A stretch of DNA of 64,000 nt from an uncultured Acidobacteriota bacterium (GCA_963702425.1 CAVPCQ010000037.1:192001-256000), one strand, 5' to 3'. Counted from the first letter of the stretch, positions 9,787-20,837 are shown. A program made the numbers and translations. Notes: a model not told the origin generated them from the sequence alone.

Positions 9787-11016
9787 TCACTCGTAGCGCA
9801 GCGACTCGATCGGGTCGAGGCGCGCGGCCTTGTAGGCGGGCCACAGCCCGGCCAGGACGCCGAAGAAGGCCGGCACGAAGACCCCCAGCACGTAGACCAT
9901 GAGCGGGATCGAAATCGGCGGCCAGCCGGGGATCAGGTGGTTCAGGATCGCCTGGCCGACGACGCTGAAACCAAGCCCGGCCAGGATCCCCACTGCTCCG
10001 CCGAGCGCGCAGAGCGTGACCGCTTCGATCAGGAACTGCGAGAGGATGTTCTGGCTCTTCGCCCCGATCGCCTTGCGGATCCCGATCTCGCGCGTCCGCT
10101 CCGTCACCGACACGAGCATGATGTTCGTCACGCCGATCGTGGCGACGAGCAGGGCGAAGCCGACGATCACCGCGGCCCCCATCGAGATCCCGTCGGTGAC
10201 CTTCTTGACCGCCTTGAGGACGCCGGCCTGGGACTGGACCTCGAAGTCGTTCGGCTGCGCCGGCAGCAGCTTGTGCCGGCGCCGCAGGACGTCGGTGATC
10301 TGGTCCATCGCCTGCTCGACGCGCTCCGCGCTGCGCGCCCGCACGATCAGCACGACGGACCGCTCGGTGTCCCGCCCCCAGATCGCCGCCGCGGTCGAGA
10401 GCGGGATCAGCGCCAACTCGTCGAAATTGAAGTCGAACAGCTTCCCCTTCTGCTCCAGGATTCCGACGATCGTGAAATCGGCCCCTCCCAGCGCAATCGT
10501 CTGGCCGATCGGCTCGCCCGGGAGCTTGAGATCCTCGACGATCTTCGTGCCCACCACGCAGACGCGCGCCCGCGTCCGCTCCTCGATGCTGGAGAAGAAG
10601 CGCCCGCGGTCCACGAAGATGTTCCGCGTGTCCTGGAACGACGCATTCGAGCCGACGATGACGGCGTCCGCGATCTCGTCCCCCTTCTTGAAGCGACCGC
10701 CCCGCTGGATGACCGGCGAGATCAGGTCGACGTCCGGACAGTACCGGCGCAGCGCCTCGCCATCCTCGGCGGTCAGCTCGACGCGGCCCAGCTTCTCCCC
10801 GGCCTTGCCCGGGGGACGGTAAGGGGCCACGAAGAGCGTGTTCGCCCCGAGCCCCTGGATCTCGTTGATCGCGATCCCGGTGATCCCCTGCAGGATCCCC
10901 TGCACGCCGACCGTCACCGCGACGCCGATGACGATGCCGAGCACCGTCAGGAAGGAACGCAGCTTGTTGGCCCAGATCGCGAGCAGGGCCATGCGCAGGT
11001 TTTCCAGCCAAAGCAT
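9787..11016 (-). CDS. ABC transporter permease, MacB/FtsX family
   Basis: RSFLTVLGIVIGV and NIMLVSVTERTREIGIRKAIGA; ends AARLDPIESLRYE. Confidence 0.95.
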   Translation of the reverse strand: MLWLENLRMALLAIWANKLRSFLTVLGIVIGVAVTVGVQGILQGITGIAINEIQGLGANTLFVAPYRPPGKAGEKLGRVELTAEDGEALRRYCPDVDLISPVIQRGGRFKKGDEIADAVIVGSNASFQDTRNIFVDRGRFFSSIEERTRARVCVVGTKIVEDLKLPGEPIGQTIALGGADFTIVGILEQKGKLFDFNFDELALIPLSTAAAIWGRDTERSVVLIVRARSAERVEQAMDQITDVLRRRHKLLPAQPNDFEVQSQAGVLKAVKKVTDGISMGAAVIVGFALLVATIGVTNIMLVSVTERTREIGIRKAIGAKSQNILSQFLIEAVTLCALGGAVGILAGLGFSVVGQAILNHLIPGWPPISIPLMVYVLGVFVPAFFGVLAGLWPAYKAARLDPIESLRYE

Positions 11017-11026
11017 GATTCGGCTC

Positions 11027-11749
11027 CTAGCTCTCCGGATGGGTCGTCACGCCGGCTTCGTCGGTCCGGAAGTCGGCCACGACCTTGCCGTCGCGCAGCT
11101 TGATGATCCGCTTGGTTCGGTTCGCGATGTACTCCTCGTGGGTGACGAGGATGATCGTGTTTCCGCGGCGGTTGAGCTCGTCGAAGAGCTCCATGATCTC
11201 GTCGCCGGTCCGCGAGTCGAGATTCCCTGTCGGCTCGTCCGCGAGCAGGATCGACGGGCCGTTGACCAGCGCGCGGGCGATCGCGACGCGCTGGCGCTGT
11301 CCCCCGGAGAGTTCGTTCGGCTTGTGCTCCATCCGGTCGCCGAGGCCGACGGACGAGAGGGCCTCCGCCGCCCGGCGGCGGCGCTCCGTCCACGTCACGC
11401 CCGCGTAGATCAGCGGCAGCTCGACGTTCTGCAGGGCGCTGGTCCGCGACAGCAGGTTGAACGTCTGGAACACGAAGCCGATCTCCTTGTTGCGGATCTC
11501 GGCCAGGGCGCCGTCGTCGAGCGTCTCGACCTCGCGGCCGTTCAGCACGTAGCGGCCGCTCGTCGGCGTGTCGAGGCAGCCGATCAGGTTCATCAGCGTC
11601 GACTTGCCCGAACCCGACGGCCCCATGATCGCGACGTAGTCACCCTTCTCGATGCCGACCGAGACGCCGTCGAGCGCGCGAACCGGGCTCGCCCCCACGT
11701 CGTAGATCTTCGCCAGATCGTGGATCTCGATCAGCGGAGGGCTCGCCAT
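11027..11749 (-). CDS. ABC transporter ATP-binding protein (MacB/LolD-like)
   Basis: [27 protein letters not shown]; start MASPPLIEI. Confidence 0.95.
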   Translation of the reverse strand: MASPPLIEIHDLAKIYDVGASPVRALDGVSVGIEKGDYVAIMGPSGSGKSTLMNLIGCLDTPTSGRYVLNGREVETLDDGALAEIRNKEIGFVFQTFNLLSRTSALQNVELPLIYAGVTWTERRRRAAEALSSVGLGDRMEHKPNELSGGQRQRVAIARALVNGPSILLADEPTGNLDSRTGDEIMELFDELNRRGNTIILVTHEEYIANRTKRIIKLRDGKVVADFRTDEAGVTTHPES

Positions 11750-11753
11750 CGGC

Positions 11754-13144
11754 CTACTCTCCACCCTCGCGGCCGCGCTCGCCGCTGTCGCCGCCCGCGT
11801 CCTCGGAGGCGGCGTCTCCGGGCTGCTTCTCCTCCCGGGGCTGGACCCGATCGCCCTCCTTGAGTTTCTTGAGCACGCGGTAAGGCCCGGTGACGACCGT
11901 CTTTCCCGGCGCGAGCCCCGCGACGATCTCGACCCACATGTCGTCGCTCGTGCCGGTCGTGACCGGCTGCGCGCGGACCGTCCCGGCGGTCTTGCTCCCC
12001 TCGAAGAGATACACGACCTCGATCTCCTCGCGCTCGTCCGCCTTGCCCGGGTTCGCGCCGCGCGCGGCGGCCCGCGTCGCACCGCCGGCCCCGGCCGCGT
12101 CCTGTCTCCTTGCCCGGCGAGTCCGATCCTGCGGGCGGCGCAGCGGAGCCCTTGTCACCCGCCGCCTTGCGGTCCTCCTCGAGCTTCTTCCGCTCGCGGA
12201 CCGTCACGGCCTGGATCGGGATGCGCACCACGTCCTCCCGCCGCGCGACCTCGATCTTGGCCTTCGCGGTCATCCCCGGGCGGAGGCGCTCGTCGGGGTC
12301 GGTCAGGAGGATCTTCACGCCGAACACGTTGACATCCCCCTCCTTCCGCGCGGTGTTCCGGATCTCGTGGACCTTCCCCTCGTAGGTCATCCTCTCGACC
12401 GCGTCCACCGTGAGCTTCGCCGTCTGCCCCGGACTTCAGGCGGACGACCTCCGTTTCGTCCACGCTGATCTCGGCCAGGACCTCGCTCATGTCCGAGATC
12501 ACCATGAGCACGGAGCCGGGAATGTTCGTGGTGCCGACGATGACCTGCTCGCCGACCTCGGTGTTGACCTGCGTTACCCGGCCCGACATCGGGGCGAAGA
12601 TCCTCGTCTTCGTCAGGTCGGTCTGCACCCGGGACAGGGAGGCGTCGGCCAGGGTGACCGACTCCCGGAGCGACTTCAGGTTGATCGCCGCGCCTTCCAC
12701 CGCGAGGTCCGCCTTCTCGAGGTCGCTGTCCGGGAGGAGTCCCTCCGCGTGCAGCTCGTGGGCCCGCTGCCGCTCCCGTTCGAGGTTGCGCAGGTTGACG
12801 TCCTGCTGCTCGATGGCGATCCGGCTCATCCGCACGTTCGCGGCCAGGCGGTCGACGTCGCTGCGGTACTTCTCGGGATCGATGCGCACGAGCAGGTCGC
12901 CCTTGGCGACGTTCTCTCCCTCCTTGACGGGGAGCTCGACGATCTGCCCGTAGATCTCCGACGAGATGTTGACCTTGGTACGGGCCTGCACCACGCCGGT
13001 CCCGGTGACCAGCGTGATGACGTCGCCCTTGGAGACGTCCGCCGTGTAGACGCTCTCGCCGGACTGCTTGGTCCGGCTGATCGACACGATCACGATCACC
13101 ACGACGACGGCGAGGATCCCCAGACCGATCAGGAGCTTCTTCAT
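11754..13144 (-). CDS. Efflux periplasmic adaptor (MacA/HlyD family), two frameshifts near 12430 and 12100
   Basis: N-terminal [22 protein letters not shown]; continues in other frames with LRPGMTA and VEIVAGL...VVTGPY. Confidence 0.85.
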
Positions 13145-13153
13145 GGTCGACTC

Positions 13154-14252
13154 TCAGAAGGCGGCTGCGAAACCCAGCTTGACGAGGACCCAGATCCCCC
13201 ACGGCACGAGGACCAGCGCCGCGGCCTCGCCGGTCTTCCGCCCGAGCACCGTCGCCAGCCCCAGGATCGTGAGCGCGAGCGACCAGATGCTGAACAGGCC
13301 CAGCGAGGAGCCGAGCGAGGCGAGGGCGGCGCTCGAGTCCTTGAGGTTCAGCAGGAGCGTCAGGTCCGCCGGAACGATGTCCGCGATCCAGGTCGCGTCG
13401 GGGGTGCGCAGCAGAACGATCAGGATCCCCACGAGCCCCGAGATCGCCGAGGGCGCGAGACCATACGAGACAGTCGTCATGATGCGGCCGTACGCCGGTT
13501 CCCGGGCGAGGCGCTGCATCGCCCAGACGGTGCCCCCGAGGGCCGTCAGCGCCAGCAGGAAGGATACGGCAGCGGCCCAGCCGGGGGAGGCCGCGGCCCC
13601 TGTCGCGTCGTCCGCCGCTGCGGCCGCCGCTGCGGCGAACTGCACGACGCTACTGACGACGGCGAAGACGACGCCGATTCCCAGGACGATGCCGAGGTTG
13701 ACGAACAGCTTCTTCCCGGGCGTCCCCGGCGGCAGCCACCCCATCAGCAGCGCGATCAGTCCGTAAAGGAACGTGAAGAACCAGACGACGGCGACGAAGC
13801 CGATCAGCGTGTTCGTGATCGCCGACGCCTGCATCTGCCAGAGCGGCGCGCTCGCGATCTGCTGCGTGGCCTGCTTCGAGCGCCTTGTCTCTCACCTCCG
13901 GGCCGCCGAGCATGCCGGCGAGCTTGATCCCGAAGCTGTCCCTCAGGTACTCCTTGTAGACGACGGGAAGGTCGTAACGGGCGAAGTAGAGGCCCACGAA
14001 CGCCGAGAACGAACACGGCGCAGATGATGACCGGGACGAGCCAGCCGCGCGGATCCCGCCGGATGTCCTCGAAGACGCTGCCGGGCGAGAAGAAGACATT
14101 GGCGAATCGCGCGAGCGGCCCCATCCGCGCGCGCTGTGGCGCCGCTCCGGTCTGCGCCGCGTCGCGGAGTCGAGAACCGGCGGGGGCGAAGGCGGGGACT
14201 CGCCTGGAACTGACGGTTGATCGTCGGGTCGGAAGGGCGTGCGGTCGTTCAT
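13154..14252 (-). CDS. YIP1-family-like membrane protein, several frameshifts
   Basis: Pieces across frames: RFANVFFSPGSVFEDI, then multi-TM C-terminus with LFSIWSLAL; typical position upstream of MacAB-type exporters. Confidence 0.6.
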
Positions 14253-14433
14253 GGTCACCCCCGGCGTGCCTGTCCACTTCGGCACCATTGAAGGGCTTCG
14301 GCCGATGATCGAACTCACCTCTCGGCGGGGGCAGGATACAGTGGGAACGCGCGGGAGGGGGCGGTTGCGGACGCCGGTCGCTGCGCCGCGCCCGTTCCGC
14401 GCTGGCACGCGTCGCTTGCCATGTGTCGAGCGA

Positions 14434-15188
14434 TCAGGCGGACTCGGTGGCCTCGAAGGACTTCCCAGCACCTCGCCCAGCAGCCCCGTCGCCGCCGCCC
14501 ACGAGCGCCGGTCCGCGTCCGGCTCGTAGAACAGCCCGCCCGCCGGGTCGCGCGGCAGCTCGTAGTTGGTGAAGCCGTGGCCGGCGCGGCCGTAGGTCAC
14601 GAGCTCCCAGTCGGCGCCGGCCGCCTCCATCTCGCGCTGGAAGGCCCGCACGTGCTGCTCGCTCACCAGCGGGTCGAGCACGCCGTGGAACGCGAGGACG
14701 CGCGCCTGCACCGCGCCCCGAGCGGCGCGGCGCGGCGTGTCGAGCAGGCCGTGGAAGCTGATCGCCGCGGCGAGATCGGCGCCGTCGCGCGCCAGCTCCA
14801 GCGCCACGCCGCCCCCGAAGCAATAGCCGAGCGCCGCGACCTCGCAGCCGCGCACCAGCGGGCTGTCGGTCAGGCGTGCCAGCCCGGCGCGGGCGCGGGC
14901 GCGGAGCAGGGGGATGTCGCGGGCGTACCGGTTCATCTCGTGGGCCGCCTCCTCGTTCGTCTGCGGCCGCACGCCGCGGCCGTAGAGGTCGAGCGCGAAG
15001 GCGACGTAACCCAGCGCGGCCAGCGCCCGGGTTCGCTCCTCGACGAAGGGGACGAGTCCCCGCCACATGTGGCAAACGAGGACGCCGGGGCGCGGCCAGG
15101 GGAGGGAGGGGTCGAAGGCGGCGTAGCCCTCGAGCGGGACGCCGTCGTGGGAGTAGGGGACGCGCTGGGTCCGGAGGGAGGCGTTCAT
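14434..15188 (-). CDS. Dienelactone hydrolase family protein; 3' end probably frameshifted near 14462
   Basis: GYCFGG nucleophile motif, HGVLDP, AGHGFTN; a plausible natural end KSFEATESA* lies in another frame at 14434. Confidence 0.85.
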
Positions 15189-15258
15189 CGGTCGGTCCTC
15201 GCGGTGCGGGCTGGGTCCGGGCCGATCCTACCGCGGCGGGCCTTCCCTGGCGTCCGCC

Positions 15259-15379
15259 GGGCGGGCCGGCACGGAGGCCGGCCCCTACGGGCGCCGTTGG
15301 GCGGGCCGGCACGGAGGCCGGCCCCTGCGGGCGCCGTCGGGCGGGCCGGCACGGAGGCCGGCCCCTACGGGCGCCGTCG
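15259..15379. repeat. Three tandem 40-bp units, each carrying a GTAG-type REP hairpin
   Basis: Unit GGGCGGGCCGGCACGGAGGCCGGCCCCTACGGGCGCCGTY with exact 40-bp period; minus strand reads GTAG-GGGCCGGC-CTCCGT-GCCGGCCC. Confidence 0.9.
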
Positions 15380-15391
15380 CGCGCGTGCTCC

Positions 15392-15446
15392 TTGACGGGC
15401 CCGGCGCCCCGTCTTAAGCTTCCACGTGAAATCGTTCCAATCGAAA
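15392..15446 (+). promoter_or_regulatory. sigma70 promoter and tandem operator-like sites upstream of pirin
   Basis: TTGACG-17 bp-TAAGCT, then TTCCAcgTGAAA and TTCCAatCGAAA. Confidence 0.55.
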
Positions 15447-15484
15447 GTATCTGCCGCCCGGTCGCGGGCGGCCCGGAGGACTCG

Positions 15485-16183
15485 ATGATCACGCTTCGCA
15501 GGGCGAGAGACCGCGGCCACGCCGACCACGGCTGGCTCGACACCTGGCACACCTTCTCCTTCGCCGACTACTACGACACCGAACAGATGGGCTTCCAGGC
15601 GCTGCGCGTCATCAACGACGACGTCGTCGCGCCGGGGCGCGGGTTCGGGACGCACCCGCACCGCGACATGGAGATCGTCACCTACGTGCTCGACGGGGCA
15701 CTCGCGCACGAGGACAGCATGGGGAACAGCTCGACCATCGTGCCGGGCGAGGTCCAGCGCATGAGCGCCGGGACCGGCGTGCTGCACAGCGAGTTCAACC
15801 ACTCGAAGACCGACCCGGTGCACCTGCTGCAGATCTGGATCCTGCCCGACCGGGCCGGGCTGACGCCGTCGTACGAGCAGACCTTCTTCCCCGAGGACGA
15901 CAAGCGCGGCCGGCTGCGGCTGGTGGCCTCGCCGGACGGCGCGGACGGCTCGGTGACGATCCACCAGGACGCGCGGCTCTACGCGACTTTGCTCGCGCCG
16001 GGCGAGGAGGTGAGCCACGCGCTGGCTCCCGGCCGGCACGCCTGGGTCCACGTCGCGCGCGGCAAGGCCAGCTTGAACGGGCAGCCGCTCGAGGCCGGCG
16101 ACGGCGCCGCGATCAGCGGCGAGGAGCGCGTCGCGCTGCGCGGCGACGGTCACGCCGAGGTGCTGCTCTTCGACCTCGCGTAG
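15485..16183 (+). CDS. Pirin family protein (YhhW-like)
   Basis: [45 protein letters not shown]; GGAGG RBS. Confidence 0.95.
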   Translation: MITLRRARDRGHADHGWLDTWHTFSFADYYDTEQMGFQALRVINDDVVAPGRGFGTHPHRDMEIVTYVLDGALAHEDSMGNSSTIVPGEVQRMSAGTGVLHSEFNHSKTDPVHLLQIWILPDRAGLTPSYEQTFFPEDDKRGRLRLVASPDGADGSVTIHQDARLYATLLAPGEEVSHALAPGRHAWVHVARGKASLNGQPLEAGDGAAISGEERVALRGDGHAEVLLFDLA

Positions 16184-16313
16184 GGCCGGGGGTGGACGGT
16201 CGACTGCGCCCCCGAAGCGGTCGAAGGGGCGGGGTGGGCGGTCTTACCGATCGCCCCGCTTCGGTAATAGACTCCTCAGCCTTCCCGGGGGTACGGGAAG
16301 GGAGGAGACCGAC

Positions 16314-16913
16314 ATGAAACTCAAGCCGCTCGCGGGCGCCCTGGCGCTCGCCCTCGTCCTGCTCGCTCCACCGGCCCTTGCCGGCGACGAGAAGACCGCC
16401 CAGCCGACCCACGACCAGATGATGGACGCGATGGCGAAGGCCGCGACGCCCGGCCCGGGCCACCAGGTGCTCGAGCAGATGGTCGGGACTTGGAACGCGA
16501 CCACGACCATGTACGGCGAGCCGGGCCAGCCGCCGATGGTCTCGCAGGGGAAGATGGTCATCGACATGGTGCTCGGCGGCCGCTACGCCCGGATGCAGTA
16601 CCAGAGCGAATTCAACGGGATGAAGATGGAAGGGCTCGGCTTCACCGGCTACGACAACGTCGAGAAGAAGTACGTCTCGGACTGGATGGACACGATGGGG
16701 ACCGGGATCATGCGCGACACCGGGACCTACGACCCGGCCACGCGCACGATCACCTCGGCCGGCGCGATGACCGACCCGATGGGCGCCGCGTGGACCACCC
16801 GCTCGACGACGCAGCTCGTCGGGGCCGACAAGATGATCCTCGAGATGTACGGCCGGAACGCGGGCGCGCCGGAGATCAAGCTGATGCAGATCGTCTACAC
16901 CCGCGCCAAGTAG
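16314..16913 (+). CDS. Secreted DUF1579-like protein
   Basis: Signal peptide; PGPGHQVL..VGTW, GYDNVEKKYVSDWMDTMGTG. Confidence 0.8.
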   Translation: MKLKPLAGALALALVLLAPPALAGDEKTAQPTHDQMMDAMAKAATPGPGHQVLEQMVGTWNATTTMYGEPGQPPMVSQGKMVIDMVLGGRYARMQYQSEFNGMKMEGLGFTGYDNVEKKYVSDWMDTMGTGIMRDTGTYDPATRTITSAGAMTDPMGAAWTTRSTTQLVGADKMILEMYGRNAGAPEIKLMQIVYTRAK

Positions 16914-17026
16914 CCGCGTCGGCCCCGCGGCCACCCCCCGCGCCCCGCCGCCCGCCCGGGCCCGGGGCGCGGCGCTTTTCCGGGTGCTAGATTGATCGCC
17001 ATCGCCCCGCGAGGAGCCCCGACGCC

Positions 17027-18298
17027 ATGCCGAGAAGCAAGGTCGCGATCCTGAAGACGACGCCGCGGACGGTCCTGTCGGACTACCACGAACTGATGAA
17101 CCTGGCCGGCTACCAGGACGTCGTCGCGAAGGACGCCGACACCGCGCTGAAGGTCAACATCTCCTGGCACTTCTTCTTCCCGGCCAGCTCGACCACGCCC
17201 TGGCAGCTGGAAGGGGTGATCCGCGCGCTGAAGGCCGACGGCTACGACCCGTCGCTGATCCACGCCTGCCACAACCGGACGGTCGTGATCGACGCCCGGC
17301 TGGGCGAGCGCGAGAACAAGCAGGTCAACGTCGTGGAGGCCCACGGCCTGCGCAATCTCCATCTCTACGACCCCGGCAACGAGTGGATCCCGGTCGGCGA
17401 GGCGGTCGGCGACCTGACGAAGAAGTTCCTCTGCCTCAACCAGGTCTATCCCGACGGCTTCATGATCCCGAAGCGCTTCATCGGCGAGAACATCATCCAC
17501 CTGCCGACGATCAAGACCCACGTCTTCACCCAGACCACCGGGGCGATGAAGAACGCCTTCGGCGGCCTGCTCAACGAGCGGCGCCACTGGACCCACCCGG
17601 TGATCCACGAGACGCTGGTCGACCTCCTGATGATCCAGAAGAAGATCCACCGCGGGGTCTTCGCCGTGATGGACGGGACCTTCGCCGGCGACGGGCCGGG
17701 GCCGCGCTGCATGCTGCCGCACGTCAAGAACGTGATCCTGGCCAGCGCCGACCAGGTGGCGATCGACGCCGTGGCGGCCAAGCTGATGGGCTTCGACCCG
17801 CTGTCGATCAAGTTCATCCGGCTGGCCCACGACGCCGGGCTGGGCTGCGGCGACCCGCGCGAGATCGAGCTGGTCGGCGACCAGGACGCGGCGCGCGAGA
17901 ACTGGCACTTCGACGGCCCCTACAAGAAGATGACCTTCGCCTCGCGGATGCAGCACCAGATCTACTGGGGCCCGCTCAAGGGGCCGATCGAGTGGTCGCT
18001 GAAGACGGTGCTCGCGCCGTGGGCCTACGTCGCCAGCGTCGTCTACCACGACAGCCTCTGGTACCCGCTCAAGGCGAAGAGCGCGATGCGCGAGGCGCTC
18101 TCGTCGGACTGGGGCAAGCTGTTCCAGAACTGGGAGACGCTCATCCCGGACGCGCAGGGCTTCCCGCAGGTCGGCGAGGCCCCGGCCGAGCTGAAGACGA
18201 CCGGGATGGCCGCCTTCACGCGCTCGCTCGGGATCCTCGGGACCTGCGTGCGCGAGGCGCCCGAGTTCGCGGCGCGGAAGCGGCGGGCGGCGCGCTAG
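17027..18298 (+). CDS. DUF362 domain putative Fe-S protein
   Basis: LKVN, HLPTIKTH, TGAMKNAFG, DQVAIDAVAA motifs; strong coding bias. Confidence 0.8.
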   Translation: MPRSKVAILKTTPRTVLSDYHELMNLAGYQDVVAKDADTALKVNISWHFFFPASSTTPWQLEGVIRALKADGYDPSLIHACHNRTVVIDARLGERENKQVNVVEAHGLRNLHLYDPGNEWIPVGEAVGDLTKKFLCLNQVYPDGFMIPKRFIGENIIHLPTIKTHVFTQTTGAMKNAFGGLLNERRHWTHPVIHETLVDLLMIQKKIHRGVFAVMDGTFAGDGPGPRCMLPHVKNVILASADQVAIDAVAAKLMGFDPLSIKFIRLAHDAGLGCGDPREIELVGDQDAARENWHFDGPYKKMTFASRMQHQIYWGPLKGPIEWSLKTVLAPWAYVASVVYHDSLWYPLKAKSAMREALSSDWGKLFQNWETLIPDAQGFPQVGEAPAELKTTGMAAFTRSLGILGTCVREAPEFAARKRRAAR

Positions 18299-18374
18299 CG
18301 GTCTCCCGCAAGGCGATCCGAGCGCGCGGCAGGCGGAGCCGGCGCACTCGGCGGGCCGGGGGCGTGCTGTCGGT

Positions 18375-18953
18375 CTACCCCTCGGCCTCCGCCAGCGCCT
18401 TGTCGAGCAGCGCCGCCAGCCCGGCCCGTCGGGCGCGGCTCTCCAGGTAGCCCCGGTCCAGCCGGCCGGCCTGCACGCGGAGCACGCCGAGCACGTCGCG
18501 CCACTGCCGGTCGGACACGCCCTCTCCCTGCCGGAACCACGACAGCTTCTGAAGGACCACATCTTCGGGCGAGGCGACCCAGAGCGTGCGACGCGGCTCG
18601 GCGGAGACCACCACCTGCTGGCGACGCTCCAGTTCCTCTTGATCGAGTTCACTGGTCGTCGCCAGGAATATGTCCGCCTTGAACAGCTCGGGCAGGAAGA
18701 TGACGTTGAAGTGGCGCCGCTGGCGCACCGCCTCCCGGATCACGTCGGCGTCCGCGTAGAAGTCGGTTCCCAGCGCGGTCACGAACTCCGCGACGAGCGG
18801 CTCGTGGAGCGCAGCGACGAAATCGACGTCCATCGTGGCGCGGGTCTCCCCGTGCAGCGAGCTTGCGAGCGAACCACCCACCGCGTAGGCCACGTCAAGC
18901 GCCTCGAAGACGGCCGCCACGCGCAGCGCGACCGCGAGCGGATCGGCGACCAT
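18375..18953 (-). CDS. Pol-beta-like nucleotidyltransferase, putative toxin
   Basis: VGGSLAS..HG..RATMDVD, SPEDVVLQKL, DRQWRDV; start overlaps the upstream stop. Confidence 0.75.
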   Translation of the reverse strand: MVADPLAVALRVAAVFEALDVAYAVGGSLASSLHGETRATMDVDFVAALHEPLVAEFVTALGTDFYADADVIREAVRQRRHFNVIFLPELFKADIFLATTSELDQEELERRQQVVVSAEPRRTLWVASPEDVVLQKLSWFRQGEGVSDRQWRDVLGVLRVQAGRLDRGYLESRARRAGLAALLDKALAEAEG

Positions 18954-19213
18954 CAGTACCCCTCGACGGCGGGGTCCCATGCGAAGAGTCGGACCATCAA
19001 TTCGCGCGGCAGGCGCAGGGCGGCGAGCCGCAGGCGAAGCTCCTTGTCGGTGGCGCCGGGATGGCGCGTGCGGATTCCGGCGAGGCTTAGTTCCTGCGCG
19101 GTGCGCGTCATCGCGGAAACAAGAGCGAGCTTCTCCGCCGGCGTCATCGCGCGCCAGCCCGCGACGAGAATGGCCTCGGCTTCGGGGGAGGTGTCCTGGA
19201 GGGGCGATGTCAC
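18953..19213 (-). CDS. Small helical protein, putative antitoxin partner (86 aa)
   Basis: DTSPEAE...MTPAEKL...AGIRTRHP; TGATG coupling to the nucleotidyltransferase. Confidence 0.7.
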   Translation of the reverse strand: MTSPLQDTSPEAEAILVAGWRAMTPAEKLALVSAMTRTAQELSLAGIRTRHPGATDKELRLRLAALRLPRELMVRLFAWDPAVEGY

Positions 19214-19321
19214 GCGCGGATTATGCCCGAAAGGCGCGACTGCTGGTCCTGCGCCGCGAGACGATCCCGCCGGACGGTCTCGCCGCCGGGAGCCGAATCG
19301 AGCCGCGGCGGCCGCGCGGCG

Positions 19322-20098
19322 TCAGGGCCGGGCCGCTGCGGACAGCTCGAAGAGCGAATCGGGCAGCGGCGGATTGACTTCGATCGTCTCGACCACGATG
19401 CGCAGGCCCCCGGGACGCTCGGACGCCGTGGTCTCGATCCGGTGAGGGAACGGGATCCCCTTCGTCTTCCTGTAGTCCCCGAATGCGGTCCGGATCCGGA
19501 CCGGCCAGCCCTTGATCGTGCGCGTCGAGTCCGTGCAGATCATCAGGAACGTCTTCGCGTCGAGATACAGGTCCTGCTCGGCCCCGCTCTTGAGCGTCAG
19601 CTTCAGCCGGTAGGCGTCGCGGCCGCCGAGCGCCTCCCGGCCGACGAGTTCCAACCGGCTGCCCTTGGCTTTCCAGTCGACCAGCGGTCCCTCGATGTCG
19701 GCCTGCTCCATCGCTTCCAGCACGACGTCGTCGGGAAGGGCCTGCGGGGCCATCTCGCCCTCGAGCGGGTTGACCCGCCAGCCGCGCTCACCGTCGCAGA
19801 TCGCCACCGCGGTCACGCCCTGGACGGTGAACTCGAAGCGGATCTTGCCCGGGCGCTTGATCTCGCGGACCACGAGCGCGCGCCGATCGGCCCCGGCGGT
19901 GGCGGTGCCGGTTTGCCGCAGCGTCTGGAGCGCGTGGAGCCGCTTCAGGCCACCGCGCGCCTTCACGTGGCCGGCCACGATCTCGTCCAGCGTCGGCGTG
20001 GGTGCCGGCGTCGAGGCTGCAGCCAGCGAGACGGCGAGCAGCGCCATCGCGGCCAGGGACAGGAGTCGTCCGGCGAACATCCCGCTGCGGCCGTTCAT
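19322..20098 (-). CDS. Secreted LolA-like / lipoprotein-sorting-like protein
   Basis: Signal peptide, LDEIVAGHVKARGG, YLDAKTFL, DYRKTKGIPFPH, ends NPPLPDSLF. Confidence 0.65.
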   Translation of the reverse strand: MNGRSGMFAGRLLSLAAMALLAVSLAAASTPAPTPTLDEIVAGHVKARGGLKRLHALQTLRQTGTATAGADRRALVVREIKRPGKIRFEFTVQGVTAVAICDGERGWRVNPLEGEMAPQALPDDVVLEAMEQADIEGPLVDWKAKGSRLELVGREALGGRDAYRLKLTLKSGAEQDLYLDAKTFLMICTDSTRTIKGWPVRIRTAFGDYRKTKGIPFPHRIETTASERPGGLRIVVETIEVNPPLPDSLFELSAAARP

Positions 20099-20837
20099 CG
20101 CCGCCCCCCCGCTGGCGCGCGTGCCGGCAGCGTCGCCGGCCGGTTCGGTGAGTTCGGCCGATTGGGCCGGTTCGGCGTCGAGGGCCAGTAGGTCACGCCG
20201 TAGCCATATCCTCCCCAGAGGAGCGGATCGTTGTACTGGGTCCACTGATCGTCCTCGGCCTGCTCTGCCGCTTGCTCGGCCTGCTGCTGCGCCTGGAGCG
20301 CCGCCACATCGGCGTCGATCGCGCGCCGCTCGGCGTCCCGGGACGCCTGGTAGTTCGCTTCCAGCGCCTGGGCTTCGTTGCGCGTCATCCATTCGCCCTC
20401 GTACTTGACGTAACCGCGGGCCTGGTAGCTTTCTTCCTCCGTCACCCACCGGCCATCGAGCAGGACGTAGCCGAGGGCGATCCGCGCCTCCTCGTCGTTC
20501 GGCGCGATCGTGAGCACGGTCTCGTACGCTTCGCGAGCCTGCGCCGACATGCCCTGTCGGGAGGCCCAGCGCCCGAGATCCCGCCAGCCGGTCGGCGTCC
20601 TGCGGTCCCGAGCCTGGCGGCGCGCTCGTCGTAGTCGTCGAGCGGCGAGCGCTTCTTCTCGATCCGCTCGACGCGCGCCATCGGGACCCCCACCGTCCCG
20701 CCCCCGACGTCGACGGTGATCGTCGTCTCGGTCTGCTCGACGATCCGGCCGGAGATCGTGCCGGCACCCTTGAGGTAGACCTCGTCCGCGAGGAGCAGCG
20801 AGGGCACGAAGAGCAGGAGGAACGGGATCTTGCGCAA
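20095..20837 (-). CDS. Secreted hypothetical protein, frameshift near 20600
   Basis: Signal peptide plus DEVYLK..GRIVEQ in one frame; LGYVLLDGRWVT...GYVKYEGEW in the next frame. Confidence 0.6.

Noticed and set aside
13650-15188. Apparent dienelactone hydrolase-YIP1 fusion (512-aa ORF)
   Set aside because: The ORF reads through an intergenic-looking region; a natural end exists one frame away at 14434.
15259-15379. Possible mini CRISPR array
   Set aside because: The sequences between hairpins are nearly identical and only about 13 bp, no cas genes are present, and the same hairpin is dispersed as REP copies.
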